A stretch of DNA of 37,551 bases from a virus (IMGVR_UViG_3300006143_000048:1-37551); one strand, 5' to 3'; shown: positions 1 to 13,035, counted from the stretch's first letter. Notes: generated from the letters alone by a model not told the origin. Program-made: numbers and translations.

Positions 1-335
1 AAATATTAAAAAAATTAGAAGAAATCTCAGATGTTGAGGTTTCTTATTTTTATCCACAAAAGTGGAGTAATTTAGATAAAAAGCCAGCAATTTCTTACTA
101 TGAGATGGATAATTCCGTTGCTAGTAAGGCAGATGATGGTGAGTATAGCAGTAATATTGCTATTCAAGTAGATATATGGGCTAAGAGTTCAAGTAAATGC
201 TCGAAACTAGCTATTGAAGTTAATTCTAAGATGGAAGATTTAGAGTTTGAAAGGACACTAGCACTAGATTTATTTGAACAAGAAACAAAAATATATCACA
301 AAACCATGCGTTTTGAAAAAGAAGAAATTTTATAA
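1..335 (+). CDS. Tail completion/terminator-like protein, 3' part; the gene starts at 37468 and crosses the circular junction
   Basis: The frame of ORF 105..335 is open to the window start and matches the frame of the ATG at 37468 after removing the 65-nt overlap; position between the gp10-like gene and the tail tube gene. Confidence 0.7.
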   Translation, partial: ILKKLEEISDVEVSYFYPQKWSNLDKKPAISYYEMDNSVASKADDGEYSSNIAIQVDIWAKSSSKCSKLAIEVNSKMEDLEFERTLALDLFEQETKIYHKTMRFEKEEIL

Positions 336-353
336 AAAAGGAGGGCGTTAATT

Positions 354-929
354 ATGCCAAAAAAAGCTTTAAGAGGATTAAGTGGAATAAAAGCATTTGA
401 ATTATTAGAGAATACAGAAACAAATTATAAAGTGGGAGAAGCAATAAATATCCCTTACGCACAGAAGTTAACTAGAGATATACAAACATCAAATGACCCA
501 ATTTATGCAGATGATGAAATATATGATGATGAAGAAATCTTTGATGGAGAAGATTTTGAATTAGAAGTTCCAGAAGCTGATTTAGAATTAATGTCAGTAT
601 TTGAGGGCGGAGAATATGACGAAACATCAAAAGAATATTCTTGGGGACCAGATAATCAAGGAAAAGATTATGCAATAACATTTAAAGCAAAAAGAAAAGA
701 TGGAAACTATAGAATGTTTAGATATTATAGATGTAAATTCAAAAAAGTAAAACAAGATTTACAAACGCAAGATAATGGAACACAAGTCGCAACATTGACA
801 ATAAGCGGAACATTTTATAAAAGAGCTTTACTATCAGACCCTAAAGTTAGAGTTTATAAAGATAGTACAAAAGCAGAAGACTTAACTTGGTTAAATACAA
901 TACCAACAGTAGCACCAGCAGGAGAGTAG
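354..929 (+). CDS. Major tail (tube) protein, phi13-like family
   Basis: 191 aa ORF 'MPKKALRGLSGIKAFELLENTETNYKVGEAINIPYAQKL...', RBS gggagg-like upstream, position between tail terminator and tail assembly chaperones. Confidence 0.75.
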   Translation: MPKKALRGLSGIKAFELLENTETNYKVGEAINIPYAQKLTRDIQTSNDPIYADDEIYDDEEIFDGEDFELEVPEADLELMSVFEGGEYDETSKEYSWGPDNQGKDYAITFKAKRKDGNYRMFRYYRCKFKKVKQDLQTQDNGTQVATLTISGTFYKRALLSDPKVRVYKDSTKAEDLTWLNTIPTVAPAGE

Positions 930-968
930 CAATACTCTCCTAAAATTATATAAAGGAGAAATTTTTAA

Positions 969-1391
969 ATGGCTAAAAGTAATGAAAGTTTAAGTTTACC
1001 AAAAAGAAAGATAATCCATGGAGTAGAAGTAAGAAAAATGCCTTGTGGCAAGTATTTTGAAGCACTACAGACATTAAAGAATTTGCCAGAAGACTTTATA
1101 AAACAATTAACGGATGGAAAGAAAGACTTTAAATTATCAGAAATGCTTACATTAGAGAATATAACAGATTTAGTAGTGAAATTATTATTAATATTACCAG
1201 ATTTTACAGTATCTTTCTTATCAACTCTAATGGATATAGAAGAAGATAAAATTAGAGATGAATTAACACCAAAAGAGCTAATTGAAATCATTAATGAATT
1301 TTGGAAGATGAACGAATTAGAAAGTTTTTTCGCACTAATGAAGCCAATGATGAACAAGATTACGATGTTGATTGGCTTCAAAAAACAATAG
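969..1391 (+). CDS. Tail assembly chaperone, upstream frame (gpG-like)
   Basis: 140 aa ORF directly after tail tube gene; overlapping downstream ORF in -1 frame. Confidence 0.7.
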   Translation: MAKSNESLSLPKRKIIHGVEVRKMPCGKYFEALQTLKNLPEDFIKQLTDGKKDFKLSEMLTLENITDLVVKLLLILPDFTVSFLSTLMDIEEDKIRDELTPKELIEIINEFWKMNELESFFALMKPMMNKITMLIGFKKQ

Positions 1392-1537
1392 CAATTTGTG
1401 TCAAAATTGGAATAAGTAAACGTGAGTTCTTAGAAGATTACTATATTGATGAAATCCCAATAATAATGCAGAAATATGCAGAACTAAACAAAGTAGAAAA
1501 TAACGATGAAGAAGTAGTAGGTGCAGAAGATTTTTAA
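1301..1537 (+). CDS. Tail assembly chaperone, downstream frame (gpGT-like extension, probable -1 frameshift product)
   Basis: Overlapping -1 frame ORF; A6 run at 1380-1385 (ttC AAA AAA C) just before the stop of the upstream frame. Confidence 0.6.
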   Translation: MEDERIRKFFRTNEANDEQDYDVDWLQKTIAICVKIGISKREFLEDYYIDEIPIIMQKYAELNKVENNDEEVVGAEDF

Positions 1538-1550
1538 ATCCTCTTGCAAT

Positions 1551-1572
1551 ATTTTACAATTTATTGTAAAAT
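1551..1572. terminator. Hairpin attttacaat-tt-attgtaaaat between tail chaperone gene and membrane cassette
   Basis: Perfect 10-bp inverted repeat in a short intergenic gap; T-tract weak. Confidence 0.35.
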
Positions 1573-1596
1573 TTAGGCAGAAAGGGGAGGAAAAAT

Positions 1597-1929
1597 ATGG
1601 AGTGTCCTAATTGTAAAAAAGAAATAGAAGATTGGAGAGCAGAATGTCAATATTGTAATACTAATTTTGAGGATTATGAAAAAGGTAAAGAAAAGTTTAA
1701 AGAAAGAACGGAGAAAACAAATGCAGATGTCTTAAATATAATAGCAATTATAAATCTATGTTTATCTATAGTTGGTGCATTAATTATAGGAATATATTAT
1801 GGAGTAATAGAGTATGACGAAATGAATTGGATTGGAATAATAACAGGAATAGGTGTATTGTTGTCTGGAATTACTTTATTTTTTGTATTGGAAACAATAG
1901 TAGATATCTACAGAAAGGTAGAAAAATAG
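1597..1929 (+). CDS. Zinc-ribbon plus two-transmembrane protein, moron candidate
   Basis: N-terminal CPNC...CQYC zinc ribbon, then two hydrophobic helices; strong RBS ggggagg. Confidence 0.6.
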   Translation: MECPNCKKEIEDWRAECQYCNTNFEDYEKGKEKFKERTEKTNADVLNIIAIINLCLSIVGALIIGIYYGVIEYDEMNWIGIITGIGVLLSGITLFFVLETIVDIYRKVEK

Positions 1930-2453
1930 TGAAAGAAAATAAAAATTCTAGAATATGTTATTGTGTAATAATATTAATATTAGTAGCAATAATATTTATT
2001 CCTATAATATCTAATTCTATAAAAGAATATAAGACACAAAAGCATATAGAGCAATTAATTGCGAATGGAAAAGTAAAAAAGCCAGAGGAAGTATTAAATG
2101 AAATAATAGAGGCATTAAAAGGTAAGAATGAAAAACAAATAGAGGAATACATAGCAGATGAGTTTAAGTATTACAATAGAAATAATTCAGAGAGTATATC
2201 TATAAGTAGCTTGTTAATGGACTTGCAAGTTCTAGCTTCTAGTTATGAAATTGAAAGAAGAGGAAATATTAACAAAGACGAATATATCACATATTATATA
2301 TATTGGAATGTAGTAGAACAAAACAAAAATAGTGGCGTTAATAAAGCGGAACAATATTATTGCTTGCAAAAAATACATATATATCTAAAAAAGATAGTTA
2401 AAGAAGATATAATAACTTATGAAATTGAAAAAATAAGACTATTAGATGGATAA
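1929..2453 (+). CDS. Signal-anchor/membrane-anchored protein of unknown function, moron candidate
   Basis: GTG start at 1929 overlaps the upstream stop; one N-terminal hydrophobic helix 'ICYCVIILILVAIIFIPII' and soluble C-terminal domain. Confidence 0.5.
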   Translation: MKENKNSRICYCVIILILVAIIFIPIISNSIKEYKTQKHIEQLIANGKVKKPEEVLNEIIEALKGKNEKQIEEYIADEFKYYNRNNSESISISSLLMDLQVLASSYEIERRGNINKDEYITYYIYWNVVEQNKNSGVNKAEQYYCLQKIHIYLKKIVKEDIITYEIEKIRLLDG

Positions 2454-2513
2454 GTGAACAAAACACCAGCAGAGATGTGGGTGTTTTTATTATGCACGAA
2501 AAGAGGTGAGAAA

Positions 2514-6713
<4,200 letters not shown>

Positions 6714-6714
6714 T

Positions 6715-7891
6715 ATGAATTGCATAGAAATAATGAATACTGATTTTAAACTAGAGGGAATAATCACTAATTATGAAAGCTTAATATGTATATGGAACTA
6801 TTATGAGTGTGGAACATTTGAATTAACTATAAACAAAAATAAAGCTAATACTAATAAGTTAAAAAAAGACAATATGATAATAGTTAATAAAAGAGACGAT
6901 AAGATACTTTTAATAGATAAAGTAGTAACTTCTACAGTAAAAAATAGCAAAACTCTAAAGGTAAGTGGAACTTGCATAAAAGGTATTACTAAAAGAAGAA
7001 TTATAGCAACAAATGGTTATGATAGAGTATCAGAAGATTATGCAGAAAATGTGCAAAAGCACTATTTAAAAAATCATATAGTAGAAAGTTATCATGATAA
7101 TATTAGAACACCAGAAAGAGATATTTCATGGATAAAAGTAGCTCCTTCACAAAATAGAGGGATAAAAACAGTATGGCAAGCAAGACTTACAAATTTACAT
7201 GATGAAATGAAACATATTTCAGAGGACACTGGATTAGGGTGGAAAGGAATACTAAATAGAGATGAGAAATGCATCTACTTTGATAGTATAAAGGGAACAG
7301 ATAGGACAGTAAATCAAGTGGAAGAGCCTAATACACATGAATTTTTAAGTAGTATGACACACGAACAATTACAAGCATATACACATGAACAGCTGCAAGG
7401 AAACATAAAACATCCATACATACTATTTTCAGAAAAGAAAAAGAACTTACTTGAAGGAAAAACTACTGATGATAATACGAATTATAAGAATGTAGGTTAT
7501 GTAGCTGGAAAAGGAGAAAATGAAGATAGACTAATAACAATATTAGGAAGTGCAACTGGTTTTGATAGAAGAGAAGTATTAATAGATTTAAACAATATAG
7601 AAGACCCAGACGAGTTAAAACAAGAGGGGCAAAAGAAATTAGGCACATACAAAACAATAAAATCAATAGAGGGAAAAGTATACCAAATTCCAAATATGGA
7701 ATGGGAAAAAGATTTCTTTTTGGGCGATTTAGTAACATTAGAGAGTGATGGAATATACGAAGATAAACGTATAATTCAAGCAAAAGAAATATATGAAAGA
7801 AATAACATAACAGTAGAATTGGGATTTGGAGACAAAGTACCAACTTTACGGCGAAGAAATAAAAAGAGTAATTACAAGACCGATTAGTTAG
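6715..7891 (+). CDS. Tail endopeptidase/tail-associated structural protein (siphovirus gp37-like), +1 shift at CGG 7849 near C-terminus
   Basis: About 390 aa 'MNCIEIMNTDFKLEGIITNYESLICIWNYYECGTFELTINKNK...'; triplet end ...KVPTLRRRNKKSNYKTD, +1 end ...KVPTLGEEIKRVITRPIS. Confidence 0.75.
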
Positions 7892-7919
7892 GTCTTGTTT
7901 TTTACAGAAAGGATAGAAA

Positions 7920-9018
7920 ATGTCAAATATAGTAACATTAAAAAGCTTTCCGTTTGACTCGATGGAAATGTTAAATGAAGAAAGCGGACAAATGGAAGAT
8001 GATAGACTGTATCAAGCAAAAATATTTAGAGAATACTTTGAAAAGTTTTTATCAAATGGAGTTTATTTTGGGCATTATAAAAACTATGGCGAAAATGGGA
8101 TGAAAGTAAGTTTAGACAATGGACTTACGATAAGAGTTAGCAAAGGATGTGGAATGATAAGAGGAGCAGACTTTGAACTAGAAACAGATACTTTATTTGT
8201 TTTAGAAAGACCATCAGTAGGCGAAAGAATAGATAGAGTAGTTGTAAAAATAGACGACACTTTATCAGTAAGAGATACAGAATTATATATAAAAGAAGGA
8301 ACGGGAACAACACCAGCAACATTGCAAAGGGATGAAAATATATATGAAATATGCATAGCAGAAGTAACAGTAAAAAGCACAAGCAATTTAACAGAAGCCG
8401 ACATTGTAGATACGAGATTAAATAAAGAATTGTGCGGAATAGTAAATAGTTTAATTTCAGTAGATGGAGAAGAACTATATCAAAAGTTTCAAGAATACAT
8501 AGACACAGTAGCAGAAAATTTAGTAAGAAAAGATAAAGATAATATTATACAAGGAAAAATAACAGTAAATGGTGGAATAGAAAGCAATGAAAAAATTACG
8601 GCTAACAAGGGAATAGAAAGCATTGAAAAGATTGTAGCAAAGAAGGGAATAGAAAGTGCTGAAAAAATCATAGCTAGTAAAGGAGTAGATGGTATCTGTT
8701 CACAAGTGGAAACTATAACGTTATCAGGAAAAACTTTTAATCAAAATTCTAACGAAACTTATATAGATCTTGCATACCCATCACGGATATAATAAAAACA
8801 ATACTTGCATTTGTAGTTTTTTCATATTAAATTCAGATGGAAGTAAAGATTGTGGAGTTCCATCAAACGTCAGTATTAAAATGTTGAACAGTTTCATAAG
8901 AGTTAGAAGTAATCCGATTACTTCGGGCGGAAGCGGAAATACTGGAGAAGGATCTGGAATAGGCACATCAATAACAAGCATACTATATGATTTTGAAATT
9001 ATATTGATGAAAAAGTAG
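7920..9018 (+). CDS. Baseplate/tail fiber protein with three 36-nt internal repeats, +1 shift at CGG 8784
   Basis: ...SNETYIDLAYPS / GYNKNNTCICSFFILNSDGSKDCGVPSNVS... continuous after skipping one C; next gene begins directly after the restored stop. Confidence 0.7.
8574..8681 (+). repeat. Three tandem 36-nt units encoding GIES(N/I/A)EKI(T/V/I)A(N/K/S)K
   Basis: ggaatagaaagcaatgaaaaaattacggctaacaag and two diverged copies. Confidence 0.8.
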
Positions 9019-9027
9019 GAGGAAAGT

Positions 9028-9748
9028 ATGGCAGAATATACAGACAAATATAATTTGATTAAACCAAAAAAATCTGAAAATTATGATATAGAACAAGTAA
9101 CAAGAACGAATATGGATTTAATAGATGCTGCATTAGCTGAAAAAGTAGATAAAGTTACTGGAAAAGGTTTATCCACTAACGATTTTACAAATAAATATAA
9201 AGAAAAAGTAGATAGAATGGTAGAAGGTGCAAGAGGTTATAGTGCATATGAGATAGCAGTGCAGAATGGATTTGAAGGAACAGAAAGTGAATGGCTAGCA
9301 AGTTTAGCTGAGAATATAGCAACAGAGGCAATAACTACATTAATTGAAAACAAAATATTAGAAGACAATAAGAAAAAATACTATATTGGAAAAATTATCA
9401 TGGATACAGCAAATGTCAATCCAGCGATGTATTTGGGATTTGGAACATGGCAACAATGGGGACAAGGTAGAGTAGCGGTACGGAGTTGATACAACTGATA
9501 CAGACTTTAATGAAGTAGAAAAGACTGGTGGAGAGAAAAAGCATACAATGACAGTAGCAGAATTAGTAACACATGAGCATGATGATGGTGTTACATATGG
9601 ATTTATTGGTGGAGTAGAAGGAAAACAAGACACTTGCATAGTATTATCAGACAAAACAAAAGGACAGACAGCAACAACTGGTGGAGGACAGCCATTTAAT
9701 GTTATGCAACCATATATTACTTGTTATATGTGGAAAAGAGTAGCGTAA
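9028..9748 (+). CDS. Tail-collar/baseplate wedge-like protein, +1 shift at CGG 9481
   Basis: ...GTWQQWGQGRVAV / GVDTTDTDFNEVEKTGGEKKHTMTVAELVTHEHDDG..., classic conserved tail motif restored by skipping one C. Confidence 0.8.
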
Positions 9749-9764
9749 TTCTTGGAGGTAAAAA

Positions 9765-10076
9765 ATGGACGAAAAAGAAAGATTAGTAGCAGTTGAAGAG
9801 CGTGGAAAGTCTAATACAAAAAGAATAGATGAACACGAAAAAGAGATAGAAGAACTAAAAAAGACTTATTCTGTTATGGAAAAAATGAATTATAGAATGG
9901 GAAATGTTGAAAAGGGATTAGAAAACATAAACGAAAAATTAGACAAGCATGACAGAGCAATAACAGAAGAAAGGAATAAAGAAAACAAAAACAAAGCTTT
10001 TAAATGGGATAAGTTAATAGATTATATATTTTATGCAGTATTAGCTTATGCACTGATAAAACTTGGATTAAAATAG
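9765..10076 (+). CDS. XhlA-like holin accessory protein
   Basis: Coiled coil followed by one C-terminal TM 'YIFYAVLAYALIKLGLK', adjacent to holin and amidase. Confidence 0.6.
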   Translation: MDEKERLVAVEERGKSNTKRIDEHEKEIEELKKTYSVMEKMNYRMGNVEKGLENINEKLDKHDRAITEERNKENKNKAFKWDKLIDYIFYAVLAYALIKLGLK

Positions 10077-10098
10077 AAAGAAAAGGAGAAAAATAGAT

Positions 10099-10302
10099 AT
10101 GAGTAATAAAATCTATGACACTTTAAAATGGATAACATTAGTGTTTTTGCCAGCTTTAACAACATTAGTGGGTGTTATATTAAATTGCTTTAATGTGAGC
10201 TGTGCAGATATAGTTTTAACAATAATGACAGCTATAACAACATTTATGGGAGCAGTTTTAGGAATTTCAAATATTAATTATAAGAATAAGGAGGAAAAGT
10301 AG
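10099..10302 (+). CDS. Holin (small, two hydrophobic segments)
   Basis: MSNKIYDTLKWITLVFLPALTTLVGVILNCF... phage holin pattern directly upstream of endolysin. Confidence 0.8.
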   Translation: MSNKIYDTLKWITLVFLPALTTLVGVILNCFNVSCADIVLTIMTAITTFMGAVLGISNINYKNKEEK

Positions 10303-10304
10303 AG

Positions 10305-11303
10305 ATGGCAAAAGTATTTATTGGAGTAGGACACGGTGGAAGTGATAGTGGAGCAGTAGGATATATCACAGAAAAAGATGCAAACTTAAATATGGCAATA
10401 GCTTGTAAAGATTATCTTGAAGCAAATGGAGTAGAAGTAAAAATGTCAAGATACAAAGATGAAGATGATACATTAAATGAAGAAGTAAGAGAATGTAATG
10501 CTTTTAATCCAAATTTGGCAATAGACGTACATAATAATGCTGGCGGTGGAGATGGATTTGAAATATATCACACGTTGAATGGTGGAGTAGGTAAAGCACT
10601 AGCAGAAAATATAGAAGCAGAAGTAAAAGCAATTGGTCAAAATTCACGCGGTATAAAAACAAAACGTGGAAATAATGGAGATTATTACGGATTTATTCGT
10701 ATGACTAAATGTCCAGCTGTGATTTGCGAAGGAGTCTTTGTAGATAATAGAGAAGATGCTTGGCAAGCAGATGAACTACACGAACAAGAGCAGTTTGGAA
10801 TAGCATATGCGAAAGGAATATTAAAAACGCTAGGTATAGTAGGAAATGTCGGAATAGGAACAGCTATAAACACAGAAGTAAAACATGATGTGTCTATAGG
10901 AGAAGCGATAAGCATTAATAATAGTATATATAATATACAAAAGTTCTTAAATGACGAGTATGGAACAAATTTAGCATTAGACAACATATATGGTGCTCAA
11001 ACTAAAAAAGCTCTTATAAAAGCATTACAGACAGAATTAAATAGACAATTTAATAAAGGTTTAGTTGTAGATGGAATATTTGGAAATAATACATATAATG
11101 CTTGTATAACAGTAAGAAAAGGTGCAAAAGGAAATATAACTAAACTAATACAAATGGCTTTAGTAATAAAAGGTTATAAGGTAGATGTAGACAGTATATT
11201 CGGTTCAGATACAGAAGCAAAAGTAAAAGCATTCCAAAAAGCAAATGGCTTAGTAGTAGACGGAATTGTTGGAAAAAATACATTTAAAGCTTTATTTGCA
11301 TAA
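10305..11303 (+). CDS. Endolysin: N-acetylmuramoyl-L-alanine amidase (Amidase_3) with two peptidoglycan-binding repeats
   Basis: VFIGVGHGGSDSGAVG... catalytic fold, 'IYNIQKFLNDEYG...KALIKAL' and 'ITKLIQMALVIKGYKVDVDSIFGSDTEAKVKAFQKANGLVVDGIVGKNTFKALF'. Confidence 0.9.
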   Translation: MAKVFIGVGHGGSDSGAVGYITEKDANLNMAIACKDYLEANGVEVKMSRYKDEDDTLNEEVRECNAFNPNLAIDVHNNAGGGDGFEIYHTLNGGVGKALAENIEAEVKAIGQNSRGIKTKRGNNGDYYGFIRMTKCPAVICEGVFVDNREDAWQADELHEQEQFGIAYAKGILKTLGIVGNVGIGTAINTEVKHDVSIGEAISINNSIYNIQKFLNDEYGTNLALDNIYGAQTKKALIKALQTELNRQFNKGLVVDGIFGNNTYNACITVRKGAKGNITKLIQMALVIKGYKVDVDSIFGSDTEAKVKAFQKANGLVVDGIVGKNTFKALFA

Positions 11304-11350
11304 AGTGGCAAAAATAAATAATAAATATATGCAATTATTGGCAAACATAC

Positions 11351-11380
11351 TTGACAAACTATAATTCATTATTGTATAAT
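11351..11380 (+). promoter_or_regulatory. Sigma-A-like promoter TTGACA-18-TATAAT
   Basis: ttgaca aactataattcattattg tataat, no ORF before the terminator. Confidence 0.55.
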
Positions 11381-11408
11381 TTAGTTGTTAATATAAATAT
11401 ATTAGAGA

Positions 11409-11450
11409 AAATAAAGAGAAGCTTTGAAAAGGGCTTTTCTTTATTTTTTT
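11409..11450. terminator. Strong intrinsic (bidirectional) terminator
   Basis: 14-bp stem aaataaagagaagc / gcttttctttattt (one G-U) followed by T run. Confidence 0.8.
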
Positions 11451-11875
11451 AAAATTTGTTTAAAATACTTCTCTTCAGCGATTTTTCTAGCTTTTATTGC
11501 GTCATCAAGAGTATTAAAATATCCAATGTGGATTGGTTTTTTATTTACTTGTATTCTAACTCTGTATTTATTATTAACTATAGAAATACCTGTATAGCCC
11601 GTTGTGTTATTTTTCGTAGTATTATTTGAATAAAATTTAATTATTGAGTTACTTTGCTTATTTCTTTGTTCTTCGCTTAAGTTACCTTGCCTACAACCAC
11701 AGCTTTTTACTTGGTTATTTAAAACTTGAGTAAATACAAGTTCTTTCTCATTACTACAATCGCATTTAAAAAGTGCTAATTTTGAATTATTTTTATCTAT
11801 TTTGTTTAAATTCTTTATTAATGTAAGATGATTAAATCTTACATTAATAAATTTATCAATATCATAACCTCGCAT
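11441..11875 (-). CDS. AP2-domain-like DNA-binding phage protein
   Basis: C-terminal 'TTGYTGISIVNNKYRVRIQVNKKPIHIGYFNTLDDAIKARKIAEEKYF' and N-terminal Cys-rich 'FKCDCSNEKE...KSCGCRQG'. Confidence 0.65.
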   Translation of the reverse strand: MRGYDIDKFINVRFNHLTLIKNLNKIDKNNSKLALFKCDCSNEKELVFTQVLNNQVKSCGCRQGNLSEEQRNKQSNSIIKFYSNNTTKNNTTGYTGISIVNNKYRVRIQVNKKPIHIGYFNTLDDAIKARKIAEEKYFKQILKK

Positions 11876-11886
11876 AGTCTATACCT

Positions 11887-12105
11887 CTATTGATTTTTCA
11901 TATCTTCTAAATAATCTAAATATGCAGATATTGTCGTATGTTCTTCATCTTCACTTTGACCACTTAATCTAGCACTTTCTTGTAATTCATCTAAGAACTG
12001 CCATGTGTAATCGAAACCTAAATTTTGCATTCTTTCAAATTCTTCTTCAGTCATTTTCTTCTCTAATTCCTCATCACTTATTTCTAAAATTTCTTTAACT
12101 TTCAT
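11887..12105 (-). CDS. Hypothetical small acidic protein
   Basis: 72 aa ORF downstream of palindromic operator/promoter. Confidence 0.5.
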   Translation of the reverse strand: MKVKEILEISDEELEKKMTEEEFERMQNLGFDYTWQFLDELQESARLSGQSEDEEHTTISAYLDYLEDMKNQ

Positions 12106-12140
12106 AATTTTAATCTCCTTTTTTTATATTTTCTAAATAG

Positions 12141-12172
12141 ATTACACCATACGTATATACGTAAAGTCAATA
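12141..12172 (-). promoter_or_regulatory. Promoter/operator copy 1 with palindrome TACGTATATACGTA between -35 and -10
   Basis: Minus strand ttgact-18-tgtaat; 27 bp accatacgtatatacgtaaagtcaata identical to copy at 12609-12635. Confidence 0.65.
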
Positions 12173-12177
12173 CCTTT

Positions 12178-12390
12178 TTATTTTTTTTCTAAATATTTTT
12201 GAATTTGTTCTTTCACAAAACCATTAAAGCTTTTATTATCTTTAGATAATTTAATTTGCAATTGTTCAAAAACATTTTTATCAATTTTGACAAGTCTCGT
12301 AGTTATTTTTTCTTTTTCTTTTTCTCTTTCTCTTTGATAATTTCTTTTGTATTTTTTATTATTAATAGTATCTATTGACATTTTAATCAA
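12178..12390 (-). CDS. Ribbon-helix-helix-like small DNA-binding protein
   Basis: 'ITTRLVKIDKNVFEQLQIKLSKDNKSFNGFVKEQIQKYLEKK' RHH-like pattern; located between two identical palindromic operators. Confidence 0.55.
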   Translation of the reverse strand: MIKMSIDTINNKKYKRNYQREREKEKEKITTRLVKIDKNVFEQLQIKLSKDNKSFNGFVKEQIQKYLEKK

Positions 12391-12403
12391 CTCCTTTTAT
12401 AAT

Positions 12404-12434
12404 ATTCAGAGAAGAGATAATCTCTTCTCTGAAT
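12404..12434. other. Perfect 14-bp hairpin in the leader of the RHH-like gene
   Basis: attcagagaagaga-taa-tctcttctctgaat, no T-run on the minus-strand 3' side. Confidence 0.6.
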
Positions 12435-12442
12435 GGCTTTGC

Positions 12443-12583
12443 TTAGTGTATATCTAGTTCGTTGTGGGATTTTTGATAATACATTTCGCTTTGCCATTTT
12501 TGAATATCTTGAAATTGCTTGTGTAATCTTTTTTGTTGTTTTCTTCGTTTCAATATATCTAAAAATATTTTTAACATAAGCAT
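12443..12583 (-). CDS. Small 46-aa protein MLMLKIFLDILKRRKQQKRLHKQFQDIQKWQSEMYYQKSHNELDIH
   Basis: Strong RBS ggaggaa and consensus promoter upstream; below the ORF-track size cutoff. Confidence 0.45.
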   Translation of the reverse strand: MLMLKIFLDILKRRKQQKRLHKQFQDIQKWQSEMYYQKSHNELDIH

Positions 12584-12603
12584 TTCCTCCTTTCTTGATA
12601 TGA

Positions 12604-12635
12604 ATTATACCATACGTATATACGTAAAGTCAATA
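12604..12635 (-). promoter_or_regulatory. Promoter/operator copy 2: TTGACT-18-TATAAT with palindrome in the spacer
   Basis: Minus strand ttgactttacgtatatacgtatggtataat. Confidence 0.75.
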
Positions 12636-12885
12636 GTTTTTTCAAAAATAACTAAACTTTTTTCAACATAGCTTCAAAACTGCTAAAAATCAAGTAATGA
12701 AAGTATATTAGTGATAAATAAAAACAGCTTAAAAACGATTTTGAAACGTCAAATAATTATTAAATTTCGTTATAATACTTATATCACACATAACGAAAAA
12801 ACGCAATAGATATTTCTATAATTCTCGACATATTTCGACACAATTAATTTACATAATATGATAAAATGAGTGTAGGAGGAAATAT

Positions 12886-13035
12886 ATGAATTTAAAATTA
12901 CTAATATTAAGAAACAAAATTAAACTAGAACAGATGATAAATAATGATGTAGAATATAAAAAAATATTAGCACAGAGTAAAAGATTAGACAACTACATAG
13001 TACAATATTACAAAGAACAAGAGAATAAGAGATAG
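12886..13035 (+). CDS. Small Spo0E-like (aspartyl-phosphate phosphatase) protein
   Basis: MNLKLLILRNKIKLEQMINNDVEYKKILAQSKRLDNYIVQYYKEQENKR; 49 aa, S-x-x-L-D pattern with flanking helices; RBS aggagga. Confidence 0.5.
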   Translation: MNLKLLILRNKIKLEQMINNDVEYKKILAQSKRLDNYIVQYYKEQENKR

